A DNA stretch of 64,000 nt from Planctomycetota bacterium (GTDB lineage Bacteria > Planctomycetota > UBA1135 > UBA2386). Position 1 is the stretch's first letter, and each line of letters starts with the position of its first letter. Made by a program: the position numbers and the translations under genes. Positions 26,665-36,396 of this stretch are shown in pieces. The stretch is from the NCBI GenBank assembly GCA_965228735.1, contig OZ245838.1, forward strand, positions 4,864,001-4,928,000. The letters are read 5' to 3'. The notes beneath the pieces are model-generated. The model worked only from the letters and a program-made list of their open reading frames with translations. It searched no databases and had not been told where the DNA came from.

Positions 26665-28199
26665 GACCGCCCTCCGAACGTTCGGAAGCCCGCGAGCTCC
26701 TGCCAGATCGCCGTTGCTTGCCCAGCGCCGCTGCCCGCAGCTGCCGTGGCGTTGCCCGAGCTCCCTGCCGGCGTGATCGCCTGCGTGAGCACGGCGGCCG
26801 CGAGCGCGAGATCGTCCGGTTCTTCACCGGTGCCCTTCGCGAGCTCCGGCCGCTGATCGAGCATGCTCGTGCTGATCTGGAACGTGCGGAACGCCTCGTC
26901 GTCGACGATGCGGCGCAGGAAGTCGACGTTCGTCGGGATGCCGAGGTAGGCGCTGGCTCCGAGCGCCCGACTCAGCCGTTCGCACGCGAGCTCGCGCGTC
27001 GGCGCCCAGACGATGAGCTTGGCGAGCATCGAGTCGTAGTGCACCGGCACGGTCCAGTCGGTGTAGACGCCGCTGTCGACGCGGATGCCGGGGCCCGTCG
27101 GTTCGTGCACGAGCGTGAGCTTGCCCGCGGCGGGCAGGTAGCCCTGCTCGGGCGACTCGGCGCAGATGCGGGCCTCGATCGCGTGGCCGCGCGGCGTCAG
27201 GTCCTTGCCCGCGAGCATCTCCGTCACGTCACCGCCGGCCGCCGCATGGACCTGCAGGTGCACGAGGTCGACCCCGGTCACGAGCTCCGTGACGGGGTGC
27301 TCGACCTGCAGTCGCGTGTTGACCTCGAGGAAGTAGAAGTTGCCCTGGTCGTCGAGCAGGAACTCGCACGTGCCGGCGTTGTCGTAGCCGACGCGCTGAC
27401 AGAGCGCGATCGCGGCCTCACCCATGCGTCGCCGCAGATCCTCGTCGACGACCGCGGACGGCGCCTCCTCGAGCACCTTCTGGTGCCGACGTTGCACCGA
27501 GCACTCGCGCTCGTGAAGTGAGACGACGTTGCCGTGCTTGTCGCCGATGACCTGGATCTCGATGTGGCGTGCCGGCAGCACCGCGCGTTCGAGGATCATC
27601 CGGTCGTCGCCGAACGACGCCTTGGCCTCGCGCCGGCTCGCCGCGATCGCGTCCGCGAGGTCGTCCTCGTCGTCGACCCGCCGCATGCCCTTGCCGCCGC
27701 CGCCCGCGCTGGCCTTGACCATCACGGGCATGCCGATCTTCTTGCCGAACGCCACGAGCTCGTCGTCGCTCAGGTCCTTCTCGGTGCCCGGGATCACCGG
27801 CACGCCAGCGGCGATCGCCTCCTCGCGCGCCTGCTTCTTGCTGCCGAGCCGCTCCATCGCCTCGGGGTTGGGCCCGAGGAACGTGAGTCCCGCGTCCTGC
27901 GCGGCCCGGACGAACGCGGCGTTCTCGCTGAGAAAACCGTAGCCCGGGTGGATCGCGTCGGCGCCCGTCGCCTTGGCGGCCGCGAGCACCTTGTCGAAGT
28001 CGAGGTAGCTCTCGGCCGCGGTCTCGCCGCCGATCGAAACGACGTGATCGGCCGCGAGCACGTGGGCGCAGCGGGCGTCGACGTCACTGTGAATCGCGAC
28101 GGACTCGATGCCGAGCTCGCGCAGGCCGCGGGCCACTCGGACCGCGATCTCACCGCGGTTGCTGATCAGCACGCGCCGGAACGGAGGGTTCTTGGCCAT
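26661..28199 (-). CDS. Acyl-CoA carboxylase alpha subunit (biotin carboxylase)
   Basis: NRGEIA, HPGYGFLSEN, GGGGKGMR, RECSVQRRHQK, EVNTRLQVEHPVTE, YDSMLAK. Confidence 0.95.
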   Translation of the reverse strand: MAKNPPFRRVLISNRGEIAVRVARGLRELGIESVAIHSDVDARCAHVLAADHVVSIGGETAAESYLDFDKVLAAAKATGADAIHPGYGFLSENAAFVRAAQDAGLTFLGPNPEAMERLGSKKQAREEAIAAGVPVIPGTEKDLSDDELVAFGKKIGMPVMVKASAGGGGKGMRRVDDEDDLADAIAASRREAKASFGDDRMILERAVLPARHIEIQVIGDKHGNVVSLHERECSVQRRHQKVLEEAPSAVVDEDLRRRMGEAAIALCQRVGYDNAGTCEFLLDDQGNFYFLEVNTRLQVEHPVTELVTGVDLVHLQVHAAAGGDVTEMLAGKDLTPRGHAIEARICAESPEQGYLPAAGKLTLVHEPTGPGIRVDSGVYTDWTVPVHYDSMLAKLIVWAPTRELACERLSRALGASAYLGIPTNVDFLRRIVDDEAFRTFQISTSMLDQRPELAKGTGEEPDDLALAAAVLTQAITPAGSSGNATAAAGSGAGQATAIWQELAGFRTFGGRS

Positions 28200-28345
28200 C
28201 TTGGGGGGGCAGACAATAGCGGTGGCGTCGGGCGATCGGCAGTCGAATCAGCGCGCCGAAAACCACGCGCAGAAAAGTGTGGCTCACCGTGCATCCCCGC
28301 GTCCGCCCGCGGGGTGATCGGGAGTGATACCTTCGGACGCACCGA

Positions 28346-30661
28346 ATGACTCCGCAGCAGCTGATCGCCCAGACCGTCGCCCGTGAGCTTCAGGCCAACG
28401 CCGAGGCGTTGCGTGCCCTCGCGCGCGACCTCGTCGGCGCGGCCGATGCGTCGGACCTGGTCCAGGAGACCGCGCTGCGCGCCCTGCGATCGCCCCCCGC
28501 GCAGCCGTATGGTCTGGCCGGCTGGTTGCGCACGACGTTGCGCAACCTCGCCGGCAACCATCACCGCGCGAACCGGCGGCGCCGCGTGCGCGAGAGCGTC
28601 GTGGCCAGGACGGCAGCTCAGGGCGGCGCCCCGAGCGCGGCCGATCTCGCGGAGCGCCGCGATGTCCTGCGCGGGGTCACGGACCGGCTCTGGCAGCTGC
28701 CCGAGCCGTACCAGCGCACGCTGCTGTGGCGCTACTTCGAGAGCCTGACGCCGACTGCGATCGCAGCGCGTGAGGGTGTTCCGGTTGCGACCGTGAAGAG
28801 TCGACTGCGGCGCGGGCTCGCGCTGCTGCGGGCCGAATGCGATCGCGCCGATGGCGGTCGCTGGCGCGCCGTTCTGCCGATCGCGTGCAGCGCGTTCCCG
28901 CACGCGGGTCGCCTCGCCGCCACCCTCGCGTTGCTCATGACCCCGACCCTCAAGCTGTTCGGTTCTGCCGTCGCCGTCGCCGCGACGGCCGCGCTGTGTC
29001 TGTTCCTGATCGACAACGACGTCGAACCGCCGGTCGTCGAAGAGCAGAGCGCGGTCGCGCCGGGTCCGGCGGCGAGCGCGGTGCAGCGGGTCGAACGCGA
29101 GCCGGCCATGGTGTCGGATGCCGTGGGCGAGACCGCCGGGCCCGCGCCCGTCCTCGAGCACGAGCACGTGTTTCGGCTGCTGTGCCGTGTCGTCGATCGC
29201 GATGGGCTGCCGATCCGCGGGGGTCAGGTCGTCGTCGGACCGCGGCGCGGGCCGCACAACGTCTTCGGCCGCACGGACAGGGACGGGTACGTCGAGATCG
29301 AATGGCGCGGCCGGCGGTCCAAGTGCGAGATCGGCGTCGGGCTCGTCTATCAGGGTCACGCGCAGTCGCTGCAGTACTTCCGGATCGTCGCGGGCGACCG
29401 GCGGCGGAACGAGATCACGCTGCTCGCCGAGTCCGGCGGCGACGGTGCTGTGTGCATGGCGGCCGTGAGGGTGCCGAGCACGACTTGCACCGCGTGCCAC
29501 AAGGGCCCGTCGTTCCCCGACGTGTTCGAGCGCTATCGGCCCGCGCATGCCGGGCTGCATCCGCACAGCCGGTTCATCGATCGGCTCGGGATCACGTTGA
29601 AGAGCGGGCCGAACGAGTCCGTCGACGACATGGGCGCCTACGAGGTGACGAGCGAGGAGCCGCCGCCGCCGCCGCCGCACCTCGGTCGCGTCACGGGTCG
29701 CGTCTTCGACGACCGCGGACAGCCGGTCGGCGGCGCCACCGTGATCTACCGGCGCGAGACGGGCGGCATCGCGGGTCGCGCGCGAACGCTCGGCGACGGC
29801 ACCTATGAGTTCAAGCACCTCGCGCCCGGCAAACTCGTCGTGCGAGCCGGCGGCGGCAGTTCGGGCATCGGCGAGGTCGACGCCGTGGTCGTGGCCGGGC
29901 AGGTCACGACGCGCGATGTCACGCTCGCGCGCGGTCTCGAGATCACCGGGCGCGTCGTGCTACCCGAGGGCGAGTCGCCGAGCGGCTGGCGGGTCGAGTT
30001 CGAGTCGACGCGCAGCGCCTACCGCGACGCCGCGCTCGTCGAGCCGGACGGGGAATTCGCGCTCGCCAACGTGCCGTCGGGCGTCGTCGGTCAGCTGCTG
30101 CTCTGGGGTCCACCCAGGTGCCGCCTGCCCGTCGCCGTCACGCCGTCGATCCGGCCCGGCGCGCGCGACATCGTGTTCGACGTCGCGCTCACGGGCATGC
30201 CGACGGGCGAGATCCGCGTGCCGCTCGACCCGATGCGCAACGACGCGGTCTTCGTGTGGCATCCCGAGAGCGGCCGCGGTGCCGGCGCGGTGCGCGACGC
30301 GGAGGGCAACTGCAGCCTCACCGGGCTCGCACCCGGGCACTACGAGGTGACGGTCGGGCGGCACGATCTCGGCCGGCACTGGATCGACGGCGCGGGCGCG
30401 ATCGAACTCGGCGTCGCGACGCTGCCGGCCACCGGCGTGCTCGTGCGTGGTGCGGGCGTGCCGCTCGGCGTGGAGCTCTACCACCGGCAGCAGGACGTCG
30501 ACGTGCGCGCCGCGATCTACCCCGACAACTGGGAGAAGGTGCAGCTGCCGCACGGCCGATGGCTCGCGATGTGGGGCGAGGCCGAGGCGCCGCACGTGCT
30601 CGAGTTCTCGATCGGGCAACGCGAGGAAACGGTGCTCACGATCGCGCCGACGCCGCGCTGA
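28346..30661 (+). CDS. ECF sigma factor fused to a TM helix and extracytoplasmic carboxypeptidase-regulatory-like repeats, with CxxCH motif
   Basis: Region 2 DLVQETAL...AGWL; region 4 LPEPYQ...TVKSRLRRG; TM segment; VTGRVFDDRGQPVGGA; CTACH at 29486-29500. Confidence 0.85.
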   Translation: MTPQQLIAQTVARELQANAEALRALARDLVGAADASDLVQETALRALRSPPAQPYGLAGWLRTTLRNLAGNHHRANRRRRVRESVVARTAAQGGAPSAADLAERRDVLRGVTDRLWQLPEPYQRTLLWRYFESLTPTAIAAREGVPVATVKSRLRRGLALLRAECDRADGGRWRAVLPIACSAFPHAGRLAATLALLMTPTLKLFGSAVAVAATAALCLFLIDNDVEPPVVEEQSAVAPGPAASAVQRVEREPAMVSDAVGETAGPAPVLEHEHVFRLLCRVVDRDGLPIRGGQVVVGPRRGPHNVFGRTDRDGYVEIEWRGRRSKCEIGVGLVYQGHAQSLQYFRIVAGDRRRNEITLLAESGGDGAVCMAAVRVPSTTCTACHKGPSFPDVFERYRPAHAGLHPHSRFIDRLGITLKSGPNESVDDMGAYEVTSEEPPPPPPHLGRVTGRVFDDRGQPVGGATVIYRRETGGIAGRARTLGDGTYEFKHLAPGKLVVRAGGGSSGIGEVDAVVVAGQVTTRDVTLARGLEITGRVVLPEGESPSGWRVEFESTRSAYRDAALVEPDGEFALANVPSGVVGQLLLWGPPRCRLPVAVTPSIRPGARDIVFDVALTGMPTGEIRVPLDPMRNDAVFVWHPESGRGAGAVRDAEGNCSLTGLAPGHYEVTVGRHDLGRHWIDGAGAIELGVATLPATGVLVRGAGVPLGVELYHRQQDVDVRAAIYPDNWEKVQLPHGRWLAMWGEAEAPHVLEFSIGQREETVLTIAPTPR

Positions 30662-30714
30662 CGCGCGGTCTCTGCTTGCGCCCGCGCGCCTTCCGGGCGA
30701 CTGTGGCGGGCCGC

Positions 30715-31908
30715 ATGACCGAGCCTCGGCCGATCGACGATTCCAGCGCCGCGGATCGGCCAGCAGCCGCGACCGCGCGGCCGCGCCGGCGCCGCGGGCT
30801 GCGCTTCTACGTGGTGTTCGCGCTGTTCCTGATCGTCTCGACGGTCGTCATCGCCGAGGTCGCGCTGCGGATCTACAACCCGCTGCGTTGGCCGCTCGAG
30901 GACATGCGCGGGTTCTATCGCCTCGACGCGCAGGATCGCATCGAGACCGTACCGGGCTGGGAAGGCGCGCAGTTCGTCGAGGGCAAGCCGGTGCCGGTGC
31001 ACATGAACGCGCTCGGGCTGCGCGGTCCCGAGCTCGGACCGAAGCGACCCGGCGAGAAGCGCGTCCTGATGGTCGGCGACAGCTACGTCTGGGGGCAGGG
31101 CGTCGTCGACGACGCGACCGTGCCCGCGCGCCTGCAGGAGCTGCTGCGCGCGGACGGTCACGACGTGACGGTCGGCAACGCCGGCATGTTCGGCGCGGGG
31201 CCGCGCGAATGGGGCTACACGGTCGCGCGCCATCGCGACTCGTTCCAACCCGACGCGGTCGTCGCCGTGCTCTACGTCGGCAACGACATCCAGAACAGCA
31301 TCATGGACCCCTTGAGCGTCGTCGACGGCTGGCTCATGGCGTCCGGCACCGCGGAGCTGCGCGAGTCGTGGCGCTTCCGGCTGCGGGTCTGGTCGCGCCT
31401 CTGGGACACGATCGAGAAGCTCACGGCGAAGAAGCGGCTCGACGACATGGTGCTCGAGAAGCTCGCCACGCTGCAATCCGACGCGCCGTGCCGCATCGAC
31501 GAGGGCGTCTTCCTGGATCGCGATCCGGCGCAGGATGCGAGCGCGCCGTTCTTGGGCAAGGTCGAGGGCATCCTCGCCGGCTTCTTCGCGGAGTTCACCG
31601 CGGCGACGAAGGGTCTGCCGACGATCGTCGTGATCGTGCCGGCGTATCGCGTGGTGAATCAGGACTACGCGGCGATGGTGCGGGAGTTCGGGCTCGATCC
31701 GAAGCTGCACCAACGCGGGCGCGGGCACGGTCGGCTGCGGCGGCTGCTCGAGGCCGACGGGCACACCGTCGTCGATCTCGCGGACCGGTTCTTCGGCGCG
31801 GACGACCGCCGCGAGCTCTTCTTGAAGACCGACTGGCACTTCTCGGCGCAGGGTTGCCGCCGCGTCGCGACCTGGCTGCAGCCGGCGGTCGAGGAGTTGT
31901 TGCAGTGA
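30715..31908 (+). CDS. Membrane-anchored SGNH/GDSL protein (AlgJ/AlgX-like)
   Basis: N-terminal TM, NALGLRG, VGDSY, YVGND, DWHF. Confidence 0.85.
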   Translation: MTEPRPIDDSSAADRPAAATARPRRRRGLRFYVVFALFLIVSTVVIAEVALRIYNPLRWPLEDMRGFYRLDAQDRIETVPGWEGAQFVEGKPVPVHMNALGLRGPELGPKRPGEKRVLMVGDSYVWGQGVVDDATVPARLQELLRADGHDVTVGNAGMFGAGPREWGYTVARHRDSFQPDAVVAVLYVGNDIQNSIMDPLSVVDGWLMASGTAELRESWRFRLRVWSRLWDTIEKLTAKKRLDDMVLEKLATLQSDAPCRIDEGVFLDRDPAQDASAPFLGKVEGILAGFFAEFTAATKGLPTIVVIVPAYRVVNQDYAAMVREFGLDPKLHQRGRGHGRLRRLLEADGHTVVDLADRFFGADDRRELFLKTDWHFSAQGCRRVATWLQPAVEELLQ

Positions 31909-32417
31909 GCGCCACCCGCCAGGCCGGCGAGGCCGAGCCGGAGATCGATGCGCTCGGACGGTTCGCGACCGTCGGGTTGCGGATCCTGCGCGGGTTCGCG
32001 GTGCTCGCGGGCCTCGCGCTCATCGGACTCGGCGTCTGGCTCACGTGCGATCCGGCGATCGTCTACCAGACCGAGGTGCCGCCGCTGCCGACGCGGATCG
32101 CGCACCAGATGACGTTCGTCTGCGTCGGGCTGCCGTTCGTGCTGCCGATCGCGTTCACGATCGGGAAGGGCTGGCGCTACGCGTTCGGCCTCGGCGCGGT
32201 GCTGTGGTTCGGCCCGAGCTTCCTGCCGGGCGATCCGGTCTGGGGCTTCGGCGTCCGGATGTTCGCGACGCTCGTCGCGATCGCGGCGCTACTCGTCTGG
32301 CGGACTCTCGCCGGTTTGAGCAACCCGACGCGGACGCCCCAGCAGGCCGAACACGCAGCCGGCGAGCATGCCGCCGACGATCGTGTAGGGCACCCAGAAG
32401 CCGAGCTGGGCGATTGA
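31905..32417 (+). CDS. Hypothetical 4-TM membrane protein
   Basis: GTG start overlaps the upstream TGA; hydrophobic segments; the 3' end overlaps the convergent gene. Confidence 0.65.
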   Translation: MSATRQAGEAEPEIDALGRFATVGLRILRGFAVLAGLALIGLGVWLTCDPAIVYQTEVPPLPTRIAHQMTFVCVGLPFVLPIAFTIGKGWRYAFGLGAVLWFGPSFLPGDPVWGFGVRMFATLVAIAALLVWRTLAGLSNPTRTPQQAEHAAGEHAADDRVGHPEAELGD

Positions 32418-32963
32418 CGCCGCGAACATCGTCTCGGAGAGCTCGGCGACCTCGATGCCGGGCGGGCCGAACTTGGTGTAGTGCGTCTCCCAGGCGCTCG
32501 CCTTCGCGAGCCACGTGATCCCGAGCACGATGCCGCGCGCGAGCAAGCCGTAGGCCAGCAGCATGAGCGCGAGTCGTGGCCAGATCACGAAGCCGACGAT
32601 CGCGAGCACGGTGCCGATGCCGGCGAGCGTGAGCACCGCGGGGCGCAGCCGCTCGTAGACGGCTGCGGTCGCCTCGGCCTTCAGGAACGGTCCGAACTGC
32701 CAGGCGACCGAGCCGACGACCGCGGCCATGCAGAGCAACGCCCACAGCGGCGCGAGCGGGACGCGCGGCGCGCTGCCCTTCCTCTGCAAAGCGATCCCGA
32801 ACACCGCGCCGAACAAGAACACGAGCCACGAGATGCCGAGCGGATGCAGCGCGCCGCCCGACTGCGGCGGGATCCAGCCCTGCACTTCGCCCGTCAGGCG
32901 CGCGATGCTCACGCCGAGCGTGAGGACCGCTGCCGCGAGCACCAGCATCAGCAGTCGATTCAT
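32289..32963 (-). CDS. Hypothetical multi-TM membrane protein
   Basis: About 6 TM segments; ATGA overlap with the GT4 gene. Confidence 0.72.
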   Translation of the reverse strand: MNRLLMLVLAAAVLTLGVSIARLTGEVQGWIPPQSGGALHPLGISWLVFLFGAVFGIALQRKGSAPRVPLAPLWALLCMAAVVGSVAWQFGPFLKAEATAAVYERLRPAVLTLAGIGTVLAIVGFVIWPRLALMLLAYGLLARGIVLGITWLAKASAWETHYTKFGPPGIEVAELSETMFAASIAQLGFWVPYTIVGGMLAGCVFGLLGRPRRVAQTGESPPDE

Positions 32964-34321
32964 ACCGGTCCTTCCTGATCGCGGATCTTGTCGAGCGACG
33001 TCTCGCGCTGGAGCTGCAGGAACATGATGCGCGCCATCGCGGTCACCGGCGGATAATGCGGGGACGGCGCCGGAGTTTCCTTCGCGCGGTCGTAGATCGC
33101 GAGCAGGCGATCGACGTGCTCCTGCCGGCCCATCGCGAGCGGCGGCACCCGGCCCGCGAGCTGTTGCCACAGCTCCGGCTCGTCGAGGAAGCGCAGCATC
33201 TTCGCTGCCAGATCGCTCGCGTCGCCGGCCCGACTCGTGAGCCCCGCGACCTCGCCACGTTCGGCGACGGCGCCGAGGTCGCTCGTGATGCACGGCCGGC
33301 CGAGCTCGAAGCACTCGTCGAGCACGAGCCCGTAGGTCTCGAGGCACGTGGACGGAAAGATGCCGACGTCCGGGCGCGCGCCGTGGAGCTTTCTGGCGTC
33401 GAACGCGCCGTGCATCGTCACGGGCAGGCCCTCGGTCAGCGGCTGCAGCTCCGCTCCGAACTTCGGACTGCTCGGTTCGCCGAGCACGTGCAGCTCGCTG
33501 CGCCCGGGGCGCTGCTCGTGCACCTGACGAAACGCATGCAGCAGCACGTCGACGCCCTTGTGGCGGCCGATCGTGCCCCAGTAGCAGAAGCGCAGCGGGG
33601 CCGCCGGCTGCGGGTCCGGCAGCCGCGGCAGGTCGGCGAAGCGCGGGTGGTAGCCGAGCGGGAGCGTCTCGTACTGCTCGCGTGGCATGCCCGTCATCTC
33701 GGAGAGCAGGTCGGCCGTGGACGAGACCGCGACGAGCGCCGTGCGCGCGAGCGCCACCTCGGCGCGGAAGTGCTCGGCAAAGAGCTCGACGCCGGCGATG
33801 AGCTCACGCTCGGGTTCGTGGCCGTAGACCGGCACGCACGACGCGCAGCTGTCGGCGGACAGCACCCGCTTGCACGACAGGTCCTCGATCGCGTTCCCGA
33901 GCCGCCGGCGGAACGCGCGCGGGCAGCTCGTGAAGTAGTCGTGCAGCGTCAGGACGACCGGGATGTCGAGGCGCGTCGCGATCTCGGCGAGGTTGCACGT
34001 GAGCCGGACCCAGTGGTGGACGTGCAGCAGCGCGGGTCGCCATTCGCGCAGCTTCCGTTCGATGAGCTCCTCGACCTCGGGATGCCACATCTTGGCGTGG
34101 TGGTCGAAGTAGAGGTCGTTGCGGTGCAGCCGGTAGACCGGCACGCCCTCGACGTCCTCGACGGGGTCGAGCGTGACGTCGCTCCGCGCGTGCAGCGAAC
34201 CCGTGAGCACCTGCGCGTCGAGGCCGCGCGCGCGTTGCCGCTGCGCGATGTCGAGCAGGTAGGACTCGGAGCCGCCGCGGCTCTCGGGCGGGAATTGGTG
34301 AATGACGTGCAGAACGTCCAT
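32960..34321 (-). CDS. Glycosyltransferase family 4
   Basis: HQFPPESRGGSE, TLHDY, HKGVDVL, PSTCLETYGLVLDE. Confidence 0.92.
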   Translation of the reverse strand: MDVLHVIHQFPPESRGGSESYLLDIAQRQRARGLDAQVLTGSLHARSDVTLDPVEDVEGVPVYRLHRNDLYFDHHAKMWHPEVEELIERKLREWRPALLHVHHWVRLTCNLAEIATRLDIPVVLTLHDYFTSCPRAFRRRLGNAIEDLSCKRVLSADSCASCVPVYGHEPERELIAGVELFAEHFRAEVALARTALVAVSSTADLLSEMTGMPREQYETLPLGYHPRFADLPRLPDPQPAAPLRFCYWGTIGRHKGVDVLLHAFRQVHEQRPGRSELHVLGEPSSPKFGAELQPLTEGLPVTMHGAFDARKLHGARPDVGIFPSTCLETYGLVLDECFELGRPCITSDLGAVAERGEVAGLTSRAGDASDLAAKMLRFLDEPELWQQLAGRVPPLAMGRQEHVDRLLAIYDRAKETPAPSPHYPPVTAMARIMFLQLQRETSLDKIRDQEGPV

Positions 34322-34370
34322 GGCGGGCGTGCCCAAACCTGATGGGGCTGTCCTTATACTCCGTCGCCTC

Positions 34371-35084
34371 GTGCATCCACCGAACAGAATCGACGCGGCT
34401 GCTCACGAGCTGACTCACGCTGATCCGGAGAAGCGGCCGGTCGACTTCGGCTTCCTGCTGCTCGCGGCGATCTTCATCGCGTCGCTGGTGGTCTGCAATC
34501 TCGTCGCGAACAAGTTCCTGACCGTCGATCTCGGCTTCAAGGTGTTCCTGCTGTCGGCCGGCGCGCTGCCGTACCCGATCACGTTCCTCGCGACCGACCT
34601 GATGTCGGAGATCTACGGCAGGCGGCGCGCCAACCGCGTCGTGTGGTCGGGCTTCGCCGGTTCGATCTTCGTGCTGCTCGCGCTCTGGCTCGGCGATCAG
34701 TTCCCGGCCAGCGACGCGATTCCGGGCGGCATCGACGACGAGACCTACCAGCAGGTGTTCGGCACCGCGCCGCGCGTGATCGCCGCGTCGATGACGGCCT
34801 ATCTCGTCGCACAGCTCGTCGACGTGCGGCTGTTCCACTTCTGGCGCGAACTGACGAACGGTCGGCACCTGTGGCTGCGGAACAACGCGTCGACCGTCGT
34901 GTCCCAGCTGCTCGACTCCGCCCTCGTCGTCTGGGTCCTCAAGGTGGGGGTGATGACCTACGGCGAGATGATGTGGGTCGTGCTCGATCTGTGGCTGTTC
35001 AAGGCGCTCGTCGCCGCCGCGGACACGCCGCTGTTCTACTGGGGCACGGCGCTGATGAACCGTTGGCGGCCGGCGCCGCTGTAG
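34371..35084 (+). CDS. Queuosine precursor transporter (YhhQ/VUT family)
   Basis: NLVANK, YPITFLATD..SEIYG, ASMTAYLVAQLVDV, LWLRNNAST, DTP. Confidence 0.9.
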   Translation: MHPPNRIDAAAHELTHADPEKRPVDFGFLLLAAIFIASLVVCNLVANKFLTVDLGFKVFLLSAGALPYPITFLATDLMSEIYGRRRANRVVWSGFAGSIFVLLALWLGDQFPASDAIPGGIDDETYQQVFGTAPRVIAASMTAYLVAQLVDVRLFHFWRELTNGRHLWLRNNASTVVSQLLDSALVVWVLKVGVMTYGEMMWVVLDLWLFKALVAAADTPLFYWGTALMNRWRPAPL

Positions 35085-35091
35085 CGCTGAT

Positions 35092-36396
35092 TCAGCGGAT
35101 CAGGACTTTGACACCGAGGATCTTTCGCAGGGCTTCGGCGTCAGTGATCTCGAGTGGGCCTGCGCCGTCCGGCGCGTCGCTCGGCGGTAGGAGTCGCGCG
35201 TCGCGCAGGTCGAGGTAGTCCCAGCCCTCGGCGACGGCTTGGAGATCGTCGAGCTTCAGGCTGTAAACGTCGCCTAGGTTCACCCGGCGCAGCGAGTGAG
35301 CGTGCCGTAGCGCGGGCAGAGGGTCCTGATTCATGAAGTCGAACAGCTTCGCAGGAGGCGCGAGTTGTCGCGTTCTGCTGAACGACTCGATGTCCAAGTC
35401 CGTGAGGTTGGGCATCGTGACGACGTCGTCGAGGTCGGCGCGGGTCATGTTGATCGCCCGCGCCAGCGACAGCCGGCGGATCCGCGGATTGTCGCGCAGC
35501 GGCGACAACGCGCCCGGGTTCGCGAGCACGCCGCCTTCGAGATCCAACGCGGACAGTCGCGGTAACGCCACGATGGCCGCGATCAGTTCTTCGTCGATCC
35601 CTCGGTGACGACGGAGTGCGAGTTCTTGCAGGTCGGGCAGTGCACGGAGTGCCGCCGCATGCGCCGCGTCGATCGCGCGCGAGCCATCGATCTCGAGTGC
35701 TCGCAACCCCGAGGACCTGGCCAGGAACTCGCGCCATCCCCGCGGCTCGGCTCCGCCCAGGTCGATCGCCAGGCGCTGCAGGCCGCGCGTCGGCAAGATC
35801 GACAAGAGGGTGGGGCTCGGGCTGGTCCGGATCCGCAGTTCGCGAAGCAGCGGTAGGCGTTCGAGCGGCGCGAGACCTTCAGCTTCGCTGGATACGACTT
35901 TGAGCTCGAGGGCCTGCACCCGGGTGTGGCGCAGCAGGGCCTCACTGATCTCGGGCGTCAGGGTCAACAGTGGGGTGTGGCCAGCGCCAGTGAGCGCGAC
36001 GGCGCGCAGTTGCCGAAGCCGTGCGAGGCTGGCGATCACGGCCGGGCCCGGCGTCGCGAGGCGGACGGCAGTCGTGTCGGCGGGCAGCGCGTCGGCGGCT
36101 TCGCGAGTGGAGATGACCGGTGCGGTCGCCAGTGCGTCACGCCACGACGGCGGGATGCCGTTCGGATCCTGGGCTTCACGTTGTGCCGTTTCTGCCTCGA
36201 CGATCACGGCGACGGCGACCGTGACGCTGACGGCGAGCAGCGCGACTAGCAGCAGCCAGGGTGGACGGCGGTGCTCGCGTCTCGGCATGGACGTCGTCGT
36301 GCCCGCGCGCCGCTCGCGCGCGGCGAGCAACTGCAGGCCCGCGTGCATCACGCGGTCCATCGCTTCCTGATCGAACTCGCGTTCCATCGTCGTCAT
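35092..36396 (-). CDS. Single-TM protein with extracytoplasmic leucine-rich repeats, probable anti-sigma factor
   Basis: Short N-terminus, TM helix, repeated LxxLxxLxL; ATGA overlap with the ECF gene. Confidence 0.75.
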   Translation of the reverse strand: MTTMEREFDQEAMDRVMHAGLQLLAARERRAGTTTSMPRREHRRPPWLLLVALLAVSVTVAVAVIVEAETAQREAQDPNGIPPSWRDALATAPVISTREAADALPADTTAVRLATPGPAVIASLARLRQLRAVALTGAGHTPLLTLTPEISEALLRHTRVQALELKVVSSEAEGLAPLERLPLLRELRIRTSPSPTLLSILPTRGLQRLAIDLGGAEPRGWREFLARSSGLRALEIDGSRAIDAAHAAALRALPDLQELALRRHRGIDEELIAAIVALPRLSALDLEGGVLANPGALSPLRDNPRIRRLSLARAINMTRADLDDVVTMPNLTDLDIESFSRTRQLAPPAKLFDFMNQDPLPALRHAHSLRRVNLGDVYSLKLDDLQAVAEGWDYLDLRDARLLPPSDAPDGAGPLEITDAEALRKILGVKVLIR

